This document shows positions 9,547 through 19,591 of a stretch of 64,000 nt of DNA, piece by piece. Each line of letters starts with the position of its first letter. Positions within the stretch are counted from its first letter, which is position 1. Under the pieces are notes generated by a model. That model worked only from the letters and a program-made list of their open reading frames with translations, was not told the DNA's origin and did no database searches. Made by a program: the position numbers and the translations under genes. Source of the DNA: Candidatus Falkowbacteria bacterium (GTDB lineage: Bacteria > Patescibacteriota > Patescibacteriia > Patescibacteriales > UBA12465); assembly GCA_037134915.1 (NCBI GenBank), contig JBAXLJ010000002.1, positions 128,935-192,934 on the forward strand, in the 5' to 3' direction.

Positions 9547-10188
9547 ATGAAAATCAAAGTTTATAATCAGACAGCCGAATTAGTTCATGACCTTGAGTTA
9601 TCCGATAAAGTATTTGGCGTTAAATCTAACGCTGAATTATTGCATCAAGCTGTAGTCACTCAGATGGGTAATGAACGCCAAGTTTTGGCTGATACCAAAG
9701 ATCGCAGTGAGGTTCGTGGTGGTGGTAAAAAACCTTGGAAACAGAAGGGAACTGGACGTGCTCGTGTCGGATCCTCTCGTTCTCCAATTTGGACTGGTGG
9801 TGGTGTCACTTTTGGTCCAACCAGCGACCGTAATTTTTCTAAGAAAATTAATAAGAAGATGAAGCAAAAAGCAATTTTAATGGCTTTATCTGATAAGTTA
9901 GCTAGTGGTACTTTAGTCGTTTTAGACAGCCTTAATTTAGAGGAGTTTAAAACTAAGAAGTTTAACGAAATTCTTACAGCTGTTGAAAATAAAATCTTAA
10001 ATTCTGATCGTCGTAATATCTTAGTGATTAACGATACTAAAGATGACAAGGTAAAATATTCGGCTCGGAATTTAAAAGGCACTGAAATTATTAATTTGGA
10101 AAATATCAATATTGTTGAACTTTTAAAGTATAAAAACCTGCTTCTGACAGAAACAGCGGTCAAGACTTTAGAAGAGCGATATAAATAA
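9547..10188 (+). CDS. rplD: 50S ribosomal protein L4
   Basis: MKIKVYN...RGGGKKPWKQKGTGRARVGS...GGGVTFGP. I prefer the ATG at 9547 over the GTG at 9538. Confidence 0.93.
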   Translation: MKIKVYNQTAELVHDLELSDKVFGVKSNAELLHQAVVTQMGNERQVLADTKDRSEVRGGGKKPWKQKGTGRARVGSSRSPIWTGGGVTFGPTSDRNFSKKINKKMKQKAILMALSDKLASGTLVVLDSLNLEEFKTKKFNEILTAVENKILNSDRRNILVINDTKDDKVKYSARNLKGTEIINLENINIVELLKYKNLLLTETAVKTLEERYK

Positions 10189-10200
10189 TAGATAATCAAT

Positions 10201-10629
10201 ATGGCTATAGCTAATAAAAAAAATACTGAGGCTAAATCGACTTCAGCTAAAAAGACTACCACTGCTAAAGAAGTTAAGTCAGAAAGCATGAAAGATTTAT
10301 ATGCCAAAGCTGAAAATGGTAAGAAAGATATCGCTTCTAAATTTGATGGCGCTCATCGTGTTTTAGTTCGCCCCCTGATTACGGAAAAGGCTGCTAATTT
10401 TGGCACTTTAAATAAATATGCTTTTGTAGTTACTGGTAACTCTAATAAAATAGAAGTTGCTAAAGCTATTTTAGCGGTTTATGGTGTTAGACCGATGTCG
10501 ATTAATATTATTTGTGTTAAGGGTAAGGCTGTTTCTCGCGGTCGTGTTAAAGGCCGTCGCAGTGATTTCAAAAAAGCCATTATTACTCTGAAAAAAGGTG
10601 ATACAATTAAAATTTACGAAGGCGTTTAA
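10201..10629 (+). CDS. rplW: 50S ribosomal protein L23 with a Lys/Thr/Ala-rich N-terminal extension
   Basis: The C-terminal 95 aa (LVRPLITEKA...YAFVV...KIEVAKAI...V) match L23. The gene is in the conserved position. Confidence 0.9.
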   Translation: MAIANKKNTEAKSTSAKKTTTAKEVKSESMKDLYAKAENGKKDIASKFDGAHRVLVRPLITEKAANFGTLNKYAFVVTGNSNKIEVAKAILAVYGVRPMSINIICVKGKAVSRGRVKGRRSDFKKAIITLKKGDTIKIYEGV

Positions 10630-10662
10630 AATATTAATTTTTGAAACTTTAGCAACATACCT

Positions 10663-11499
10663 ATGGGAATTAAAAAAGTAAAACCAACCACTCCTGGCCG
10701 CAGACAAGCAACGTTTGATGATTTTGCCGATATTACTAAGTCAAAACCAGAAAAATCTTTGATTGTAATCAAAAAGCAAAGAGGTGGTCGAAATAGCAGT
10801 GGTAAAATAACTATCAGACATCAAGGTGGCGGCGTGAAGCGCTTTGTTCGTCTTGTCGATTTTAAACGCGACAAGTTTGGTGTTCCTGCAACCGTCGCTT
10901 CAATCGAATATGATCCAGGACGAGGGGCTCGAATTGCCTTACTTAATTACGCTGATGGTGAAAAAAGATATATTATTGCGCCGATTGGTTTAGTGGTTGG
11001 TGATAAAATCACTAGCGCTAAAGAATTGATTGAGATTAAAGTTGGTAACGCGATGCCAGTTCAATTTATTCCAGCCGGAGTCGCCATTCACAACATCGAA
11101 CTGATTGCCGGTAACGGTGGTAAAATTGCCAGAGGGGCTGGTAACAGTGCTTATGTGATGGGTGTAGAAGGTAAGTATGCTCAGATTAAAATGCCATCGG
11201 GCGAAATTAGATTAGTTAAAAAAGAGTGTTTATGTACTATCGGTCGAGCTAGTAATCCAGATTTACGTCACATTAGCTTAGGAAAAGCCGGACGCAGCCG
11301 TTTACTCGGTATTCGTCCAACCGTTCGTGGTACTGCCATGAATCCTAACGACCACCCACATGGAGGTGGAGAAGGTAAGCAGTCTATCGGTTTACGATAT
11401 CCGAAGACTAAGTGGGGCAAACCAGCTCTTGGTATTAAGACCAGAAAAAAGAGCTCATCTGATAAACTTATTGTTAAGCGCCGAGCTAAAAGAAAATAA
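10663..11499 (+). CDS. rplB: 50S ribosomal protein L2
   Basis: 278 aa with [16 protein letters not shown]...[14 protein letters not shown]. Confidence 0.96.
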   Translation: MGIKKVKPTTPGRRQATFDDFADITKSKPEKSLIVIKKQRGGRNSSGKITIRHQGGGVKRFVRLVDFKRDKFGVPATVASIEYDPGRGARIALLNYADGEKRYIIAPIGLVVGDKITSAKELIEIKVGNAMPVQFIPAGVAIHNIELIAGNGGKIARGAGNSAYVMGVEGKYAQIKMPSGEIRLVKKECLCTIGRASNPDLRHISLGKAGRSRLLGIRPTVRGTAMNPNDHPHGGGEGKQSIGLRYPKTKWGKPALGIKTRKKSSSDKLIVKRRAKRK

Positions 11500-11517
11500 T
11501 TATTTAAGAAAAATATT

Positions 11518-11805
11518 ATGTCGAGAAGTTTGAAAAAAGGACCATACATCAATCCTCGCATCCTGAAACATGTTTTAGCTTTAAAACCAGGAGACAAAAC
11601 TGTGATTAAAGTTTGGGATAGAGCTTGTGCCGTTACCCCAGAAATGGTGGGAATCACTATTGGCGTGCATAATGGTAAAACTCATTTTCCGGTTTACGTT
11701 GTGGAAAATATGGTTGGCCATTGTTTGGGCGAATTCGCTCCAACCCGCAAATTTGTAGTTCATGGCGGTAAAGCAGCTAAAGCTCAGGCTCAAGCTAAAA
11801 AATAA
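11518..11805 (+). CDS. rpsS: 30S ribosomal protein S19
   Basis: [10 protein letters not shown]...[13 protein letters not shown]...[13 protein letters not shown]. Confidence 0.95.
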   Translation: MSRSLKKGPYINPRILKHVLALKPGDKTVIKVWDRACAVTPEMVGITIGVHNGKTHFPVYVVENMVGHCLGEFAPTRKFVVHGGKAAKAQAQAKK

Positions 11806-11827
11806 GAAGCATTAAGTTCAAAAATTT

Positions 11828-12364
11828 ATGGAAATTAAAGCTAGTTTAAATGATTTGAGAATGTCGCCGCGCAAAGTGCGATTAGTTATTGACTTAATTC
11901 GCAAAATGCCGGTTGACGCTGCTTTAGCTCAACTCAAATTCACCAATAAAATTGCCACTGAACCGGTAGCTAAAATGATTGAATCAGCTATCGCTAACGG
12001 TGTAAATACTTACGGTTTAGACAGAAATAATCTTTTTGTTAAAACAATTACCTCTGACGAGGGTACAACCTTAAAACGTTGGATGCCCAAAGCTCATGGT
12101 CGCGCTACCGTTATTCGTAAACGCGGGGCTCATGTGGCGGTAGTTCTTGGCGAAATTGTCGATTCCGGCAAGCATGAAAAGAAAGTTGTTAAGACTGAGG
12201 CTCCAATGAAGCTTGAAGATCTAGCTAAAGAAGCTGAAAACAAGACTAAGGCTTCTAAGAAAAAGGAAGCTGACGAAGAGAAGACAGCTGTTAAGGCTAA
12301 GACTAAAACGGCCGCTCCTGAAAAAGGTTTCGCCGCTAAAGTTTTCCGCCGCAAAGTTGGTTAA
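11828..12364 (+). CDS. rplV: 50S ribosomal protein L22 with Lys/Glu/Ala-rich C-terminal extension
   Basis: LRMSPRKVRLVIDLIR...KRWMPKAHGRA is the L22 core, followed by an extension of about 65 aa. Confidence 0.92.
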   Translation: MEIKASLNDLRMSPRKVRLVIDLIRKMPVDAALAQLKFTNKIATEPVAKMIESAIANGVNTYGLDRNNLFVKTITSDEGTTLKRWMPKAHGRATVIRKRGAHVAVVLGEIVDSGKHEKKVVKTEAPMKLEDLAKEAENKTKASKKKEADEEKTAVKAKTKTAAPEKGFAAKVFRRKVG

Positions 12365-12408
12365 TCGATTAACACTTTTATATATTTAAATTTGTAACAT
12401 GTCATCCT

Positions 12409-13086
12409 ATGGGTAAAAAAGTAAATCCAAAAATATTTCGAATGGGAATCACTAAGAGCTGGGATTCGATTTGGTTTGAAAGCGGCAAAAATTATATTAA
12501 AAATGTTGCTCAAGACATCCACGTTCGACGTTATCTCATTAAAGAATTCAAAGAAGCCGGTGTTGATAAAGTGGAAATCATTCGTAGCTTAAATCGTATC
12601 CAAGTTGATTTATGGACCGGAAAACCGGGTCTACTTATCGGCCGCGGCGGTAATGGCGTGGAAGAACTTAAGAAAAAATTACACACTAAATTTCTTAAAA
12701 CTTTCCGAATTGGTGAAATCACTTTAAATATTAAAGAAGTGAGTCGTCCAGGATTATCCGCTCAGATTACTGTTCAAACTATGACTCTGGAAATTGAAAA
12801 GCGTATTCCTTTCCGTAAGGTGATGAAACAAGCGATCTCTAAGATTGAACGATCAGGAGCCGAAGGCGCCAAGGTTGTTATCGGTGGTCGTTTAAACGGA
12901 GCGGAAATTGCTCGTACTGAAAAATTGGTTTGGGGCAAAGTCCCACTTAATACTTTGCGCGCTGATATTGATTATGCTCGCGGAGCCGCTCATACAAGTT
13001 ATGGCGCTATCGGCATCAAAGTTTGGGTTTATAAAGGTGAAGTTTTTGAAAAGGAAAAAGAAGCTAACTTCAAAAGCGCTCGCTAA
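12409..13086 (+). CDS. rpsC: 30S ribosomal protein S3
   Basis: MGKKVNPKIFRMGI...GLLIGRGG (KH domain)...GRLNGAEIAR. Confidence 0.95.
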   Translation: MGKKVNPKIFRMGITKSWDSIWFESGKNYIKNVAQDIHVRRYLIKEFKEAGVDKVEIIRSLNRIQVDLWTGKPGLLIGRGGNGVEELKKKLHTKFLKTFRIGEITLNIKEVSRPGLSAQITVQTMTLEIEKRIPFRKVMKQAISKIERSGAEGAKVVIGGRLNGAEIARTEKLVWGKVPLNTLRADIDYARGAAHTSYGAIGIKVWVYKGEVFEKEKEANFKSAR

Positions 13087-13127
13087 TTTAATTTAACCCT
13101 TTGAATAATTAATATTCCACGATAAAT

Positions 13128-13541
13128 ATGTTAATGCCAAAAAAAACTAAATTCCGTAAAGACCACAAACGACGTCGCGGCGGCAAAGCCAGTCGAATGT
13201 TGACGGTGGCTTTTGGTAGCTATGGCTTAAAGGCAACTACTCCTTGTTGGGTGACTTCTCGTCAAATCGAATCTGCCAGACGGGTGATGACTAAATATGT
13301 CAAGAAAGGCGGTAAGATTTGGATCCGTATTTTCCCTGATAAACCAGTAACCGCTCATGGTGGAGAACTGCCAATGGGTAAGGGTAAAGGAGCTGTCGAT
13401 TACTATGTCGCTATTGTGAAGCCAGGAACCGTGATGTTTGAAATGGATGGTATCGATGAAGCTATTGCCCGCGAAGCGATGATCAATGCTTCTCATAAAT
13501 TACCGCTTAAATGCACTTTCGTTACTAAAACTAACGCTTAA
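13128..13541 (+). CDS. rplP: 50S ribosomal protein L16
   Basis: MLMPKKTKFRK...ESARRVMTKY...KIWIRIFPDKPVT. Confidence 0.95.
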   Translation: MLMPKKTKFRKDHKRRRGGKASRMLTVAFGSYGLKATTPCWVTSRQIESARRVMTKYVKKGGKIWIRIFPDKPVTAHGGELPMGKGKGAVDYYVAIVKPGTVMFEMDGIDEAIAREAMINASHKLPLKCTFVTKTNA

Positions 13542-13555
13542 TCAGTTTTAAAAAT

Positions 13556-13741
13556 ATGGAAATTAAAGAACTTATAACTAAAACTAAACCTGAGCTCACT
13601 AAATTATTAGTGGAGTCTCAAGAAAAGTTACGTGAATTGCGTTTTAAAGATTCTAATAAACAATTAAAAAATATTCGTTCGATTAGAGTTTTAAAACAAG
13701 ATATTGCACGGATTAATACCTTGTTAAATAAGAAAGACTAA
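13556..13741 (+). CDS. rpmC: 50S ribosomal protein L29
   Basis: A 61-aa helical protein (ELRFK...QLKNIRSIR..KQDIARI) in the conserved position after rplP. Confidence 0.85.
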   Translation: MEIKELITKTKPELTKLLVESQEKLRELRFKDSNKQLKNIRSIRVLKQDIARINTLLNKKD

Positions 13742-13752
13742 TTTTAATAAAT

Positions 13753-14082
13753 ATGGCCGAAAAAAAACAAGTTAAAAAGGTAGCCGCAACTGAAAAGGTT
13801 ATTGCCCCAAAGGTAAAAGCAGTTGTTGCTTCTGAGACGAAAGTCGCTAGAGTTATTATTCGCAAGAAATTCTCTGGTGTTGTTGTTTCTGATAAGAGCG
13901 ACAAAACAATCGTCGTCAAGGTCGAAACCGTAAAAATCCACCCAAAGTACAAGAAACGATATACCCGCAGTCAAAAGTATAAAGTTCATGATGAAAAGAA
14001 TGAATTTAAAACTGGCGACAAAGTTAATTTCGTCGAATGTCGCCCTTTGAGTCGTGATAAACGTTGGAGAGTTGTTAAGTAA
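13753..14082 (+). CDS. rpsQ: 30S ribosomal protein S17 with N-terminal extension
   Basis: GVVVSDKSDKTIVVKVE...HPKYKKRY...KYKVHDE...GDKV.F.ECRPLS is the S17 core. Confidence 0.9.
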   Translation: MAEKKQVKKVAATEKVIAPKVKAVVASETKVARVIIRKKFSGVVVSDKSDKTIVVKVETVKIHPKYKKRYTRSQKYKVHDEKNEFKTGDKVNFVECRPLSRDKRWRVVK

Positions 14083-14126
14083 TAAGTTTTTAGCTTTTAA
14101 AAGAAGCTTATAAATAGACTAAAAGT

Positions 14127-14501
14127 ATGATTCAAGTTCAAAGTAAAATGAAAGTGGCCGACAACTCCGGGGCTAAAGAAGTGATGTGTATCAGAGTCTT
14201 GGGCGGTTATAAGAAAAGATATGCCCATGTTGGTGATATTATTGTCGCGTCGGTTAAATCAGCTGCGCCTCATGCTCCTATTAAAAAGGGAGACATTGTA
14301 AAAGCGGTGATTGTTCGTACCAAAAAAGAAATTCGTCGTGTTGACGGTTCTTACTTACGCTTTGATGACAACGCTTGTGTCGTTATCACGGATAAGGATA
14401 AGAAAGATCCTAAGGGTACTAGAATTTTTGGCCCAGTCGCCCGCGAAGTGAGACGAGCCGGATTCGTAAAAATCGCGTCCTTAGCTCCTGAGGTGCTCTA
14501 A
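14127..14501 (+). CDS. rplN: 50S ribosomal protein L14
   Basis: [27 protein letters not shown]...FGPVAREV. Confidence 0.95.
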   Translation: MIQVQSKMKVADNSGAKEVMCIRVLGGYKKRYAHVGDIIVASVKSAAPHAPIKKGDIVKAVIVRTKKEIRRVDGSYLRFDDNACVVITDKDKKDPKGTRIFGPVAREVRRAGFVKIASLAPEVL

Positions 14502-14531
14502 TGTTTTTAAGATCTAAATTAAACAAAGTTT

Positions 14532-14852
14532 ATGAATATTAAGAAAAACGACAAAGTGCAAATTCTAGCCGGTAAAGACAAAGGCAAGAGTGGCAAAATC
14601 TTACAATCCATGCCTCGAAATAACCGAGTTAGCATTGAAGGTTTAAACCTGCTAATCAAGCATTTGCGCCCACGTCGCGACGGTGAAAAAGGTCAACGGA
14701 TTGAATTTCCAGCTTTTATTAACGCTTCCAATGTGGCTTTAATCTGTCCTAAATGCGGTAAGAAAACCCGTGTTAGCTACAAAATTGTAGAACAAAACGG
14801 TAAATCTAAAAAATATCGAGTTTGTAAGAAATGCCAGGAAGTTATCGAATAA
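14532..14852 (+). CDS. rplX: 50S ribosomal protein L24 (KOW domain, Cys-containing C-terminal part)
   Basis: KKNDKVQILAGKDKGKSGKI is the KOW motif. The gene is in the conserved position. The C-terminus has CPKCGKK...CKKC, a zinc-ribbon-like motif. Confidence 0.88.
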   Translation: MNIKKNDKVQILAGKDKGKSGKILQSMPRNNRVSIEGLNLLIKHLRPRRDGEKGQRIEFPAFINASNVALICPKCGKKTRVSYKIVEQNGKSKKYRVCKKCQEVIE

Positions 14853-14876
14853 TCAATCTAAAAAAGATTAAATAAT

Positions 14877-15413
14877 ATGAGATTAAAAGAAAAATATCAG
14901 AAAGAAATTATTCCGCAGCTAAAAAGCAAGATTGGCTACAAGAATGAGCGTAATGCGCCCCGTCTTGAGAAAGTGGTCTTAAATGTTGGCTTTGGTAAAT
15001 TCTCTAAAGAAAAAGAATATATTGCTGACGTTGAAAGAGGTTTAACTAAGATTAGCGGCCAGAAAGTGGTTTTCACTAAGGCTAAAAAATCGGTTTCCGC
15101 TTTTAAAATTCGTCAGGGAATGACTATTGGTTCAATGGTTACTATTCGTGATAAGAGAATGTATGATTTCGTTGAGAAATTAGTGGGCATTACTTTTCCT
15201 CGAGTTCGCGATTTCCGCGGTATCAGCGACAAAGCCATTGATAATCAGGGTAATTTAACCATCGGTTTCAAAGATTATTCATGTTTTCCGGAAATAAAAG
15301 TCGAAGATATTGATAAGATTTACGGCCTTGAAGTTTGTATTGCGACTTCAGCTAAGAATCGCGAGGAAGGTTTAGAGCTTTTTAGATTAATGGGCTTTCC
15401 CTTTAAGAAATAA
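14877..15413 (+). CDS. rplE: 50S ribosomal protein L5
   Basis: LKEKYQKEIIP...NVGFG...FPRVRDFRG. Confidence 0.94.
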   Translation: MRLKEKYQKEIIPQLKSKIGYKNERNAPRLEKVVLNVGFGKFSKEKEYIADVERGLTKISGQKVVFTKAKKSVSAFKIRQGMTIGSMVTIRDKRMYDFVEKLVGITFPRVRDFRGISDKAIDNQGNLTIGFKDYSCFPEIKVEDIDKIYGLEVCIATSAKNREEGLELFRLMGFPFKK

Positions 15414-15473
15414 GGTAATATTTAGATAATTAAACGCCTCTCTGAAAATTAACAGGCAGGCAAAAGAATATAT

Positions 15474-15659
15474 ATGGCTAGAAAAGCATTAATTGCCAAA
15501 GCAAAACTAAAACCAAAATTTACTACCAGAAAAATAAATCGTTGTTGGCGTTGTGGCCGTAATCACGGTTACATGAGAGACTTCGGTTTGTGCCGCATTT
15601 GCTTTAAAGAATTAGCGGATAACGGAGATTTACCGGGTATTAAGAAATCAAGCTGGTAA
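15474..15659 (+). CDS. rpsN: 30S ribosomal protein S14, zinc-binding type Z
   Basis: 61 aa with CWRCGR...CRICFKE (CxxC...CxxC) and a terminal W. Confidence 0.92.
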   Translation: MARKALIAKAKLKPKFTTRKINRCWRCGRNHGYMRDFGLCRICFKELADNGDLPGIKKSSW

Positions 15660-15708
15660 TCTTAGCCCCCAATTATTTAGAAAAAAAAGTAATAAAGAAA
15701 TAAATTCT

Positions 15709-16119
15709 ATGACAGATCCAATCGCAGACATGTTCACTCGCATTCGGAACGCCTCTGCCGTTAAAAAAACTGAAACCTTAATGCCAATGAGCAAACTCAA
15801 ATACGAAATCGCTAAGATTTTGGAAAGAGAAGGCTGGATTAAAGGGGTTGAAGTAATAGCGGGTGGTTTAAATGCTAGACGCAGCAGCTTTGATGAGCTA
15901 AAGATCTCCTTAAAATACCAGAAGAATGGTAAGCCTCATTTAAGTGTTATCAGCCGCGTTAGTAAACCAGGCTTGCGTGTTTACGTCGACAAGGATAATA
16001 TCCCGACGGTTTTGAATAACTTTGGTATCGCTATTATCTCAACATCTCGTGGTTTAATGACCAATAAAGAAGCGAAGGTGCAAAAGATTGGCGGTGAAGT
16101 TATTGGTGAAATTTATTAA
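15709..16119 (+). CDS. rpsH: 30S ribosomal protein S8
   Basis: MTDPIADMFTRIRNA...GIAIISTSRGLMT...GGEVIGEIY. Confidence 0.95.
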   Translation: MTDPIADMFTRIRNASAVKKTETLMPMSKLKYEIAKILEREGWIKGVEVIAGGLNARRSSFDELKISLKYQKNGKPHLSVISRVSKPGLRVYVDKDNIPTVLNNFGIAIISTSRGLMTNKEAKVQKIGGEVIGEIY

Positions 16120-16138
16120 TTTAGTCTACCAAACCTAT

Positions 16139-16684
16139 ATGTCACGTTTAGGAAAATTACCAATCATTTTACCGGCCGGAGTCAGTGCCACTTTAAGTGG
16201 ACAAACTCTTTCCGTTAAAGGTTCAAAAGGAGAATTAAAACAAGATTTTAACTCTGATGTTATAGTTAAGATTGAGGAAACTCAAATTGTGGTTTTAAAA
16301 AATGAAAATGGGTCTAAAAAGGCTAGTGCGATGTGGGGCTTATATCGAACTCTATTTGCAAATATGGTTGAGGGAGTATCAGTTGGTTTCACTCGAAAAT
16401 TAGAAATCAACGGCGTTGGTTATCGAGCCAATGTGACCGGTAACAAGCTGAATATGGCTTTAGGCTTTTCACACCCCATTGTTTTTGAATTGCCGGTTGG
16501 TATTACTGGTTTAGTTGAAGGAAATATCATCACTTTAAACGGCTTTGATAAAAAGTTGATCGGTGAGACCGCGGCGAGAATCCGTAAGATCAGAAAACCG
16601 GAACCTTATAAAGGTAAGGGCGTTAAATATCTTGAAGAAGTCTTACGTCGAAAGGCTGGTAAATCAGCTTCTAAAGGTAAATAA
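16139..16684 (+). CDS. rplF: 50S ribosomal protein L6
   Basis: MSRLGKLPI..P.GV...GVGYRA...KPEPYKGKG. The start is refined to the ATG at 16139, because the ORF-track start at 16088 overlaps rpsH. Confidence 0.93.
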   Translation: MSRLGKLPIILPAGVSATLSGQTLSVKGSKGELKQDFNSDVIVKIEETQIVVLKNENGSKKASAMWGLYRTLFANMVEGVSVGFTRKLEINGVGYRANVTGNKLNMALGFSHPIVFELPVGITGLVEGNIITLNGFDKKLIGETAARIRKIRKPEPYKGKGVKYLEEVLRRKAGKSASKGK

Positions 16685-16709
16685 AAGTTCTAAAATTTAT
16701 AAATAATAT

Positions 16710-17063
16710 ATGGATAAGAATAAAATAAAAAATGAACGCCAAGATAGACGACATGGTCGTGTCCGCGCTAAAATAAATGGTAGCGAACTACGCCCTAGAT
16801 TATCAGTGTTTCGTTCTAATCGCGGCATGTTCTTGCAACTGATTAATGATGAAACTAGCCAGACTTTAGTCAGCGCTAAAACTCAAGAAATTAAAACTAC
16901 CGGAGCTAAGGTGGAAAAATCTTTTGAATTAGGCAAGTTACTGGCTGAGAAAGCTAAAGCCAAGAATATTAGTTCCGTGGTTTTTGATCGCGGTTGTTAT
17001 AAATATCATGGCCGAGTCAAAGCGGTTGCCGATGGAGCCCGCGAAGGCGGTCTTCAGTTTTAA
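16710..17063 (+). CDS. rplR: 50S ribosomal protein L18
   Basis: RHGRVRAKI.G...PRLSVFRSN...VFDRGCYKYHGRVKAVADGAREGGLQF. Confidence 0.94.
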   Translation: MDKNKIKNERQDRRHGRVRAKINGSELRPRLSVFRSNRGMFLQLINDETSQTLVSAKTQEIKTTGAKVEKSFELGKLLAEKAKAKNISSVVFDRGCYKYHGRVKAVADGAREGGLQF

Positions 17064-17087
17064 TTTAGTTTAATGCTTTAATACAAT

Positions 17088-17777
17088 ATGTCTGACGAAA
17101 AAAAGGCTAACAACAATAATCAATCAGCTAAACCCGCTTCAGCTTCTGCTACAGTCGCTAAAGACATCTATGGTGGTGCGCCCAAAACTGGTGGCTATCA
17201 AGGTAACAAGGGCGGCCAAGGCGGACAGGGCGGCGGTAATCGTGGTCCACGTCGTGGTAACGATCGCGGTCGTGAGGCGAGTCATGATGAATTTGAACAA
17301 CGCATTTTAGATATCGCCCGGGTAACTCGTGTTATGGCCGGTGGTAAAAGAATGAACTTTAGAGCTTGTATCGCGATTGGCGATAAGAAGGGTAAAGTTG
17401 GCGTTGGACTCGGCAAAGGAGCTGATGTGACTATGGCGGTTAACAAAGCGGTAAATCATGCTAAAAAAGATATGATTACGGTTTCCACTGTTAATGACAC
17501 TATCACTCACGAAGTTCACCATTCTGAAGGAGCGGCTAAATTATTATTTAAGCCAGCTAGAAGCGGTAAAGGTATTATTGCTGGCGGCGTGGCTCGCGTA
17601 ATTTTAGAATTAGCCGGTATTAAGAATGTTACCAGTAAGCAACTAGGAACCAACAATAAAATCAATAACGCTCGTTGTACTATTGAAGCTCTAAGAACTT
17701 TGCGACCAGCTGATAAGACCGCTAAGAAAGACAAAACAGCCGTCAAAGAAGAAGTAGCTGAAGAAGCTAAAAAATAA
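17088..17777 (+). CDS. rpsE: 30S ribosomal protein S5 with an N-terminal extension of about 65 aa rich in Gly, Gln, Asn and Arg
   Basis: The core is ARVTRVMAGGKRMNFRA...GVGLGKG...AGGVARVILELAGIKN. The extension is GGYQGNKGGQGGQGGGNRGPRRGNDRGRE. Confidence 0.93.
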   Translation: MSDEKKANNNNQSAKPASASATVAKDIYGGAPKTGGYQGNKGGQGGQGGGNRGPRRGNDRGREASHDEFEQRILDIARVTRVMAGGKRMNFRACIAIGDKKGKVGVGLGKGADVTMAVNKAVNHAKKDMITVSTVNDTITHEVHHSEGAAKLLFKPARSGKGIIAGGVARVILELAGIKNVTSKQLGTNNKINNARCTIEALRTLRPADKTAKKDKTAVKEEVAEEAKK

Positions 17778-17848
17778 GAAAAATATAGCGAAGGTTTAAA
17801 TTAATTTTTAATTTAAGCTAGCATAATTTATAAAGTAATTTTTTTTCT

Positions 17849-18262
17849 ATGTTATCACTTAACGAAATAAAGAAGGCCAAAGGCAGTACAAAAACCAAGA
17901 AACGCGTTGGCCGTGGTAATTCTTCTGGCCATGGTACTTACAGTACTCGCGGTCTTAAGGGTCAGAAATCCCGTTCCGGCGTTTCCGGTTTGAAGCGTTT
18001 GGGTATGAGAATGCAATTACTGCAAACTCCAAAATCTCGTGGTTTCAAATCTCAAAAACAAAAAAACCAAGTTATTTCTATCAAAGCGATTAATAATAAT
18101 TTTAAAGATGGTGAGACAGTAAACAAGGACACCTTAATGGAGAAAGGTTTGATTATGAAAAAAGGTGTGCCCGTCAAAGTTTTGGGTAAGGAAAAATTAA
18201 CCGTTAAAATTAAAATTGAAGGTCTTAAAATGAGCGAATCCGTAGCCGCTCAACTCAAATAA
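17849..18262 (+). CDS. rplO: 50S ribosomal protein L15
   Basis: RVGRGNSSGHGTYSTRGLKGQKSRSG. It follows rpsE directly, with no rpmD between them. Confidence 0.92.
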   Translation: MLSLNEIKKAKGSTKTKKRVGRGNSSGHGTYSTRGLKGQKSRSGVSGLKRLGMRMQLLQTPKSRGFKSQKQKNQVISIKAINNNFKDGETVNKDTLMEKGLIMKKGVPVKVLGKEKLTVKIKIEGLKMSESVAAQLK

Positions 18263-18319
18263 GATTAAAGGCGGCTACTGGCCGTCTTTATCGTAATTAG
18301 ATTGTTATATAAAACTTAT

Positions 18320-19591
18320 ATGTTTGATCAATTTATTCAAATCTGGAAAGCCAAAGATTTACGTAATAGCGTCTTGTTCGTGCTAGCGATGCTAGTGGTT
18401 TTTCGTTTAGCCGCTCACATTCCGATTCCGGGTGTAAACACAACCGATCTTAAAAATTTCTTTGAAAACAATCCAGTTTTAGGCTTTGTTAATGTCTTTG
18501 CGGGCGGCGGGATGCAAAACTTTTCGATTATCATGATGGGAATAGCCCCTTACATCACGTCTTCAATTATTTTCCAATTACTAGCGATGATTATTCCTAG
18601 TCTGGAAGAGATGCAAAAAGAAGAATCCGGCCGTTCTAAAATTAATATGTGGACACGTTACGCTACTGTGCCACTGGCCGCGATGCAGGCTTTTGGGATG
18701 ATTAGTCTACTGCGCCAATCAAAGGCGATTAATATTTCGGCTTTTTCTGGCTTTGATATGTTAAGCATGATTATTACTATTACGGCTGGCACCGTTTTCT
18801 TAATGTGGATTGGTGAACTGATTTCCGAAAAGAAGATTGGTAACGGTATTTCCTTGCTTATCTTTGCCGGTATCGTTTCTAGTCTGCCAACTCATATTAG
18901 TCAGGCTTTCCTGACTTTTGATCAGATTCAACTAACTTCCATGATCGCTTTTGCCTTAGTTGGCATTTTAACGATTGTGGGTGTGGTCATTATTAATGAA
19001 GGACAGCGTAATATTCCGGTGCAATATGCTCGTCAAATTAGAGGTAACCGCGCTTATGGCGGCACTAATTCTCATTTGCCATTACGCGTTAACATGGCGG
19101 GGGTAATTCCGATTATCTTTGCGATTTCCGTAGTGATGTTTCCACCGATGTTAGCTCAGTATTTCCAACACGCTAAAACCGCTTGGATTGCTAATTTTTC
19201 CCAATGGACCATTCAAATCTTTAACGATCAATTGATTTACGCTATTTTGTATTTTATTTTGGTCTTTGTTTTCACTTATTTCTATACCGAAGTTATTTTT
19301 CATCCAGAAAGAATTGCTGAAAATTTGCAGAAACAGGGTGGCTTTATTCCTGGTATTCGTCCCGGTAAACACACCAGTGATTATCTGTCGAGTACCACTT
19401 ATAAGATTATCTTAGTTGGCGCTTTATTTTTAGCGGTGATTGCGGTTATGCCTTTAGTGGTTAAAGCTTTCACTGGTATTCAATCTCTGGCTATCGGTGG
19501 TACCAGTATCTTAATCGTCGTGTCAGTAGTCATTGAAACTGTGAAGCAGGTTCAAGCTCAACTAACGATGAGAGAATACGACGGAGTTTAA
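18320..19591 (+). CDS. secY: preprotein translocase subunit SecY
   Basis: About 423 aa with 10 TM helices. Motifs include PYITSSII.QLL, GNGISLLIFAGI and IPGIRPGK.T. I prefer the ATG at 18320 over the TTG at 18302. Confidence 0.95.
   Translation: MFDQFIQIWKAKDLRNSVLFVLAMLVVFRLAAHIPIPGVNTTDLKNFFENNPVLGFVNVFAGGGMQNFSIIMMGIAPYITSSIIFQLLAMIIPSLEEMQKEESGRSKINMWTRYATVPLAAMQAFGMISLLRQSKAINISAFSGFDMLSMIITITAGTVFLMWIGELISEKKIGNGISLLIFAGIVSSLPTHISQAFLTFDQIQLTSMIAFALVGILTIVGVVIINEGQRNIPVQYARQIRGNRAYGGTNSHLPLRVNMAGVIPIIFAISVVMFPPMLAQYFQHAKTAWIANFSQWTIQIFNDQLIYAILYFILVFVFTYFYTEVIFHPERIAENLQKQGGFIPGIRPGKHTSDYLSSTTYKIILVGALFLAVIAVMPLVVKAFTGIQSLAIGGTSILIVVSVVIETVKQVQAQLTMREYDGV

Noticed and set aside
9153-10307. 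Minus-strand ORFs of 134 aa and 215 aa (9153..9557 and 9660..10307)
   Set aside because: They lie entirely antisense to the well-supported rplC, rplD and rplW genes. They are low-complexity translations with no independent signals.
11268-11657. 129-aa minus-strand ORF spanning the rplB-rpsS junction
   Set aside because: It is antisense to two conserved ribosomal protein genes.
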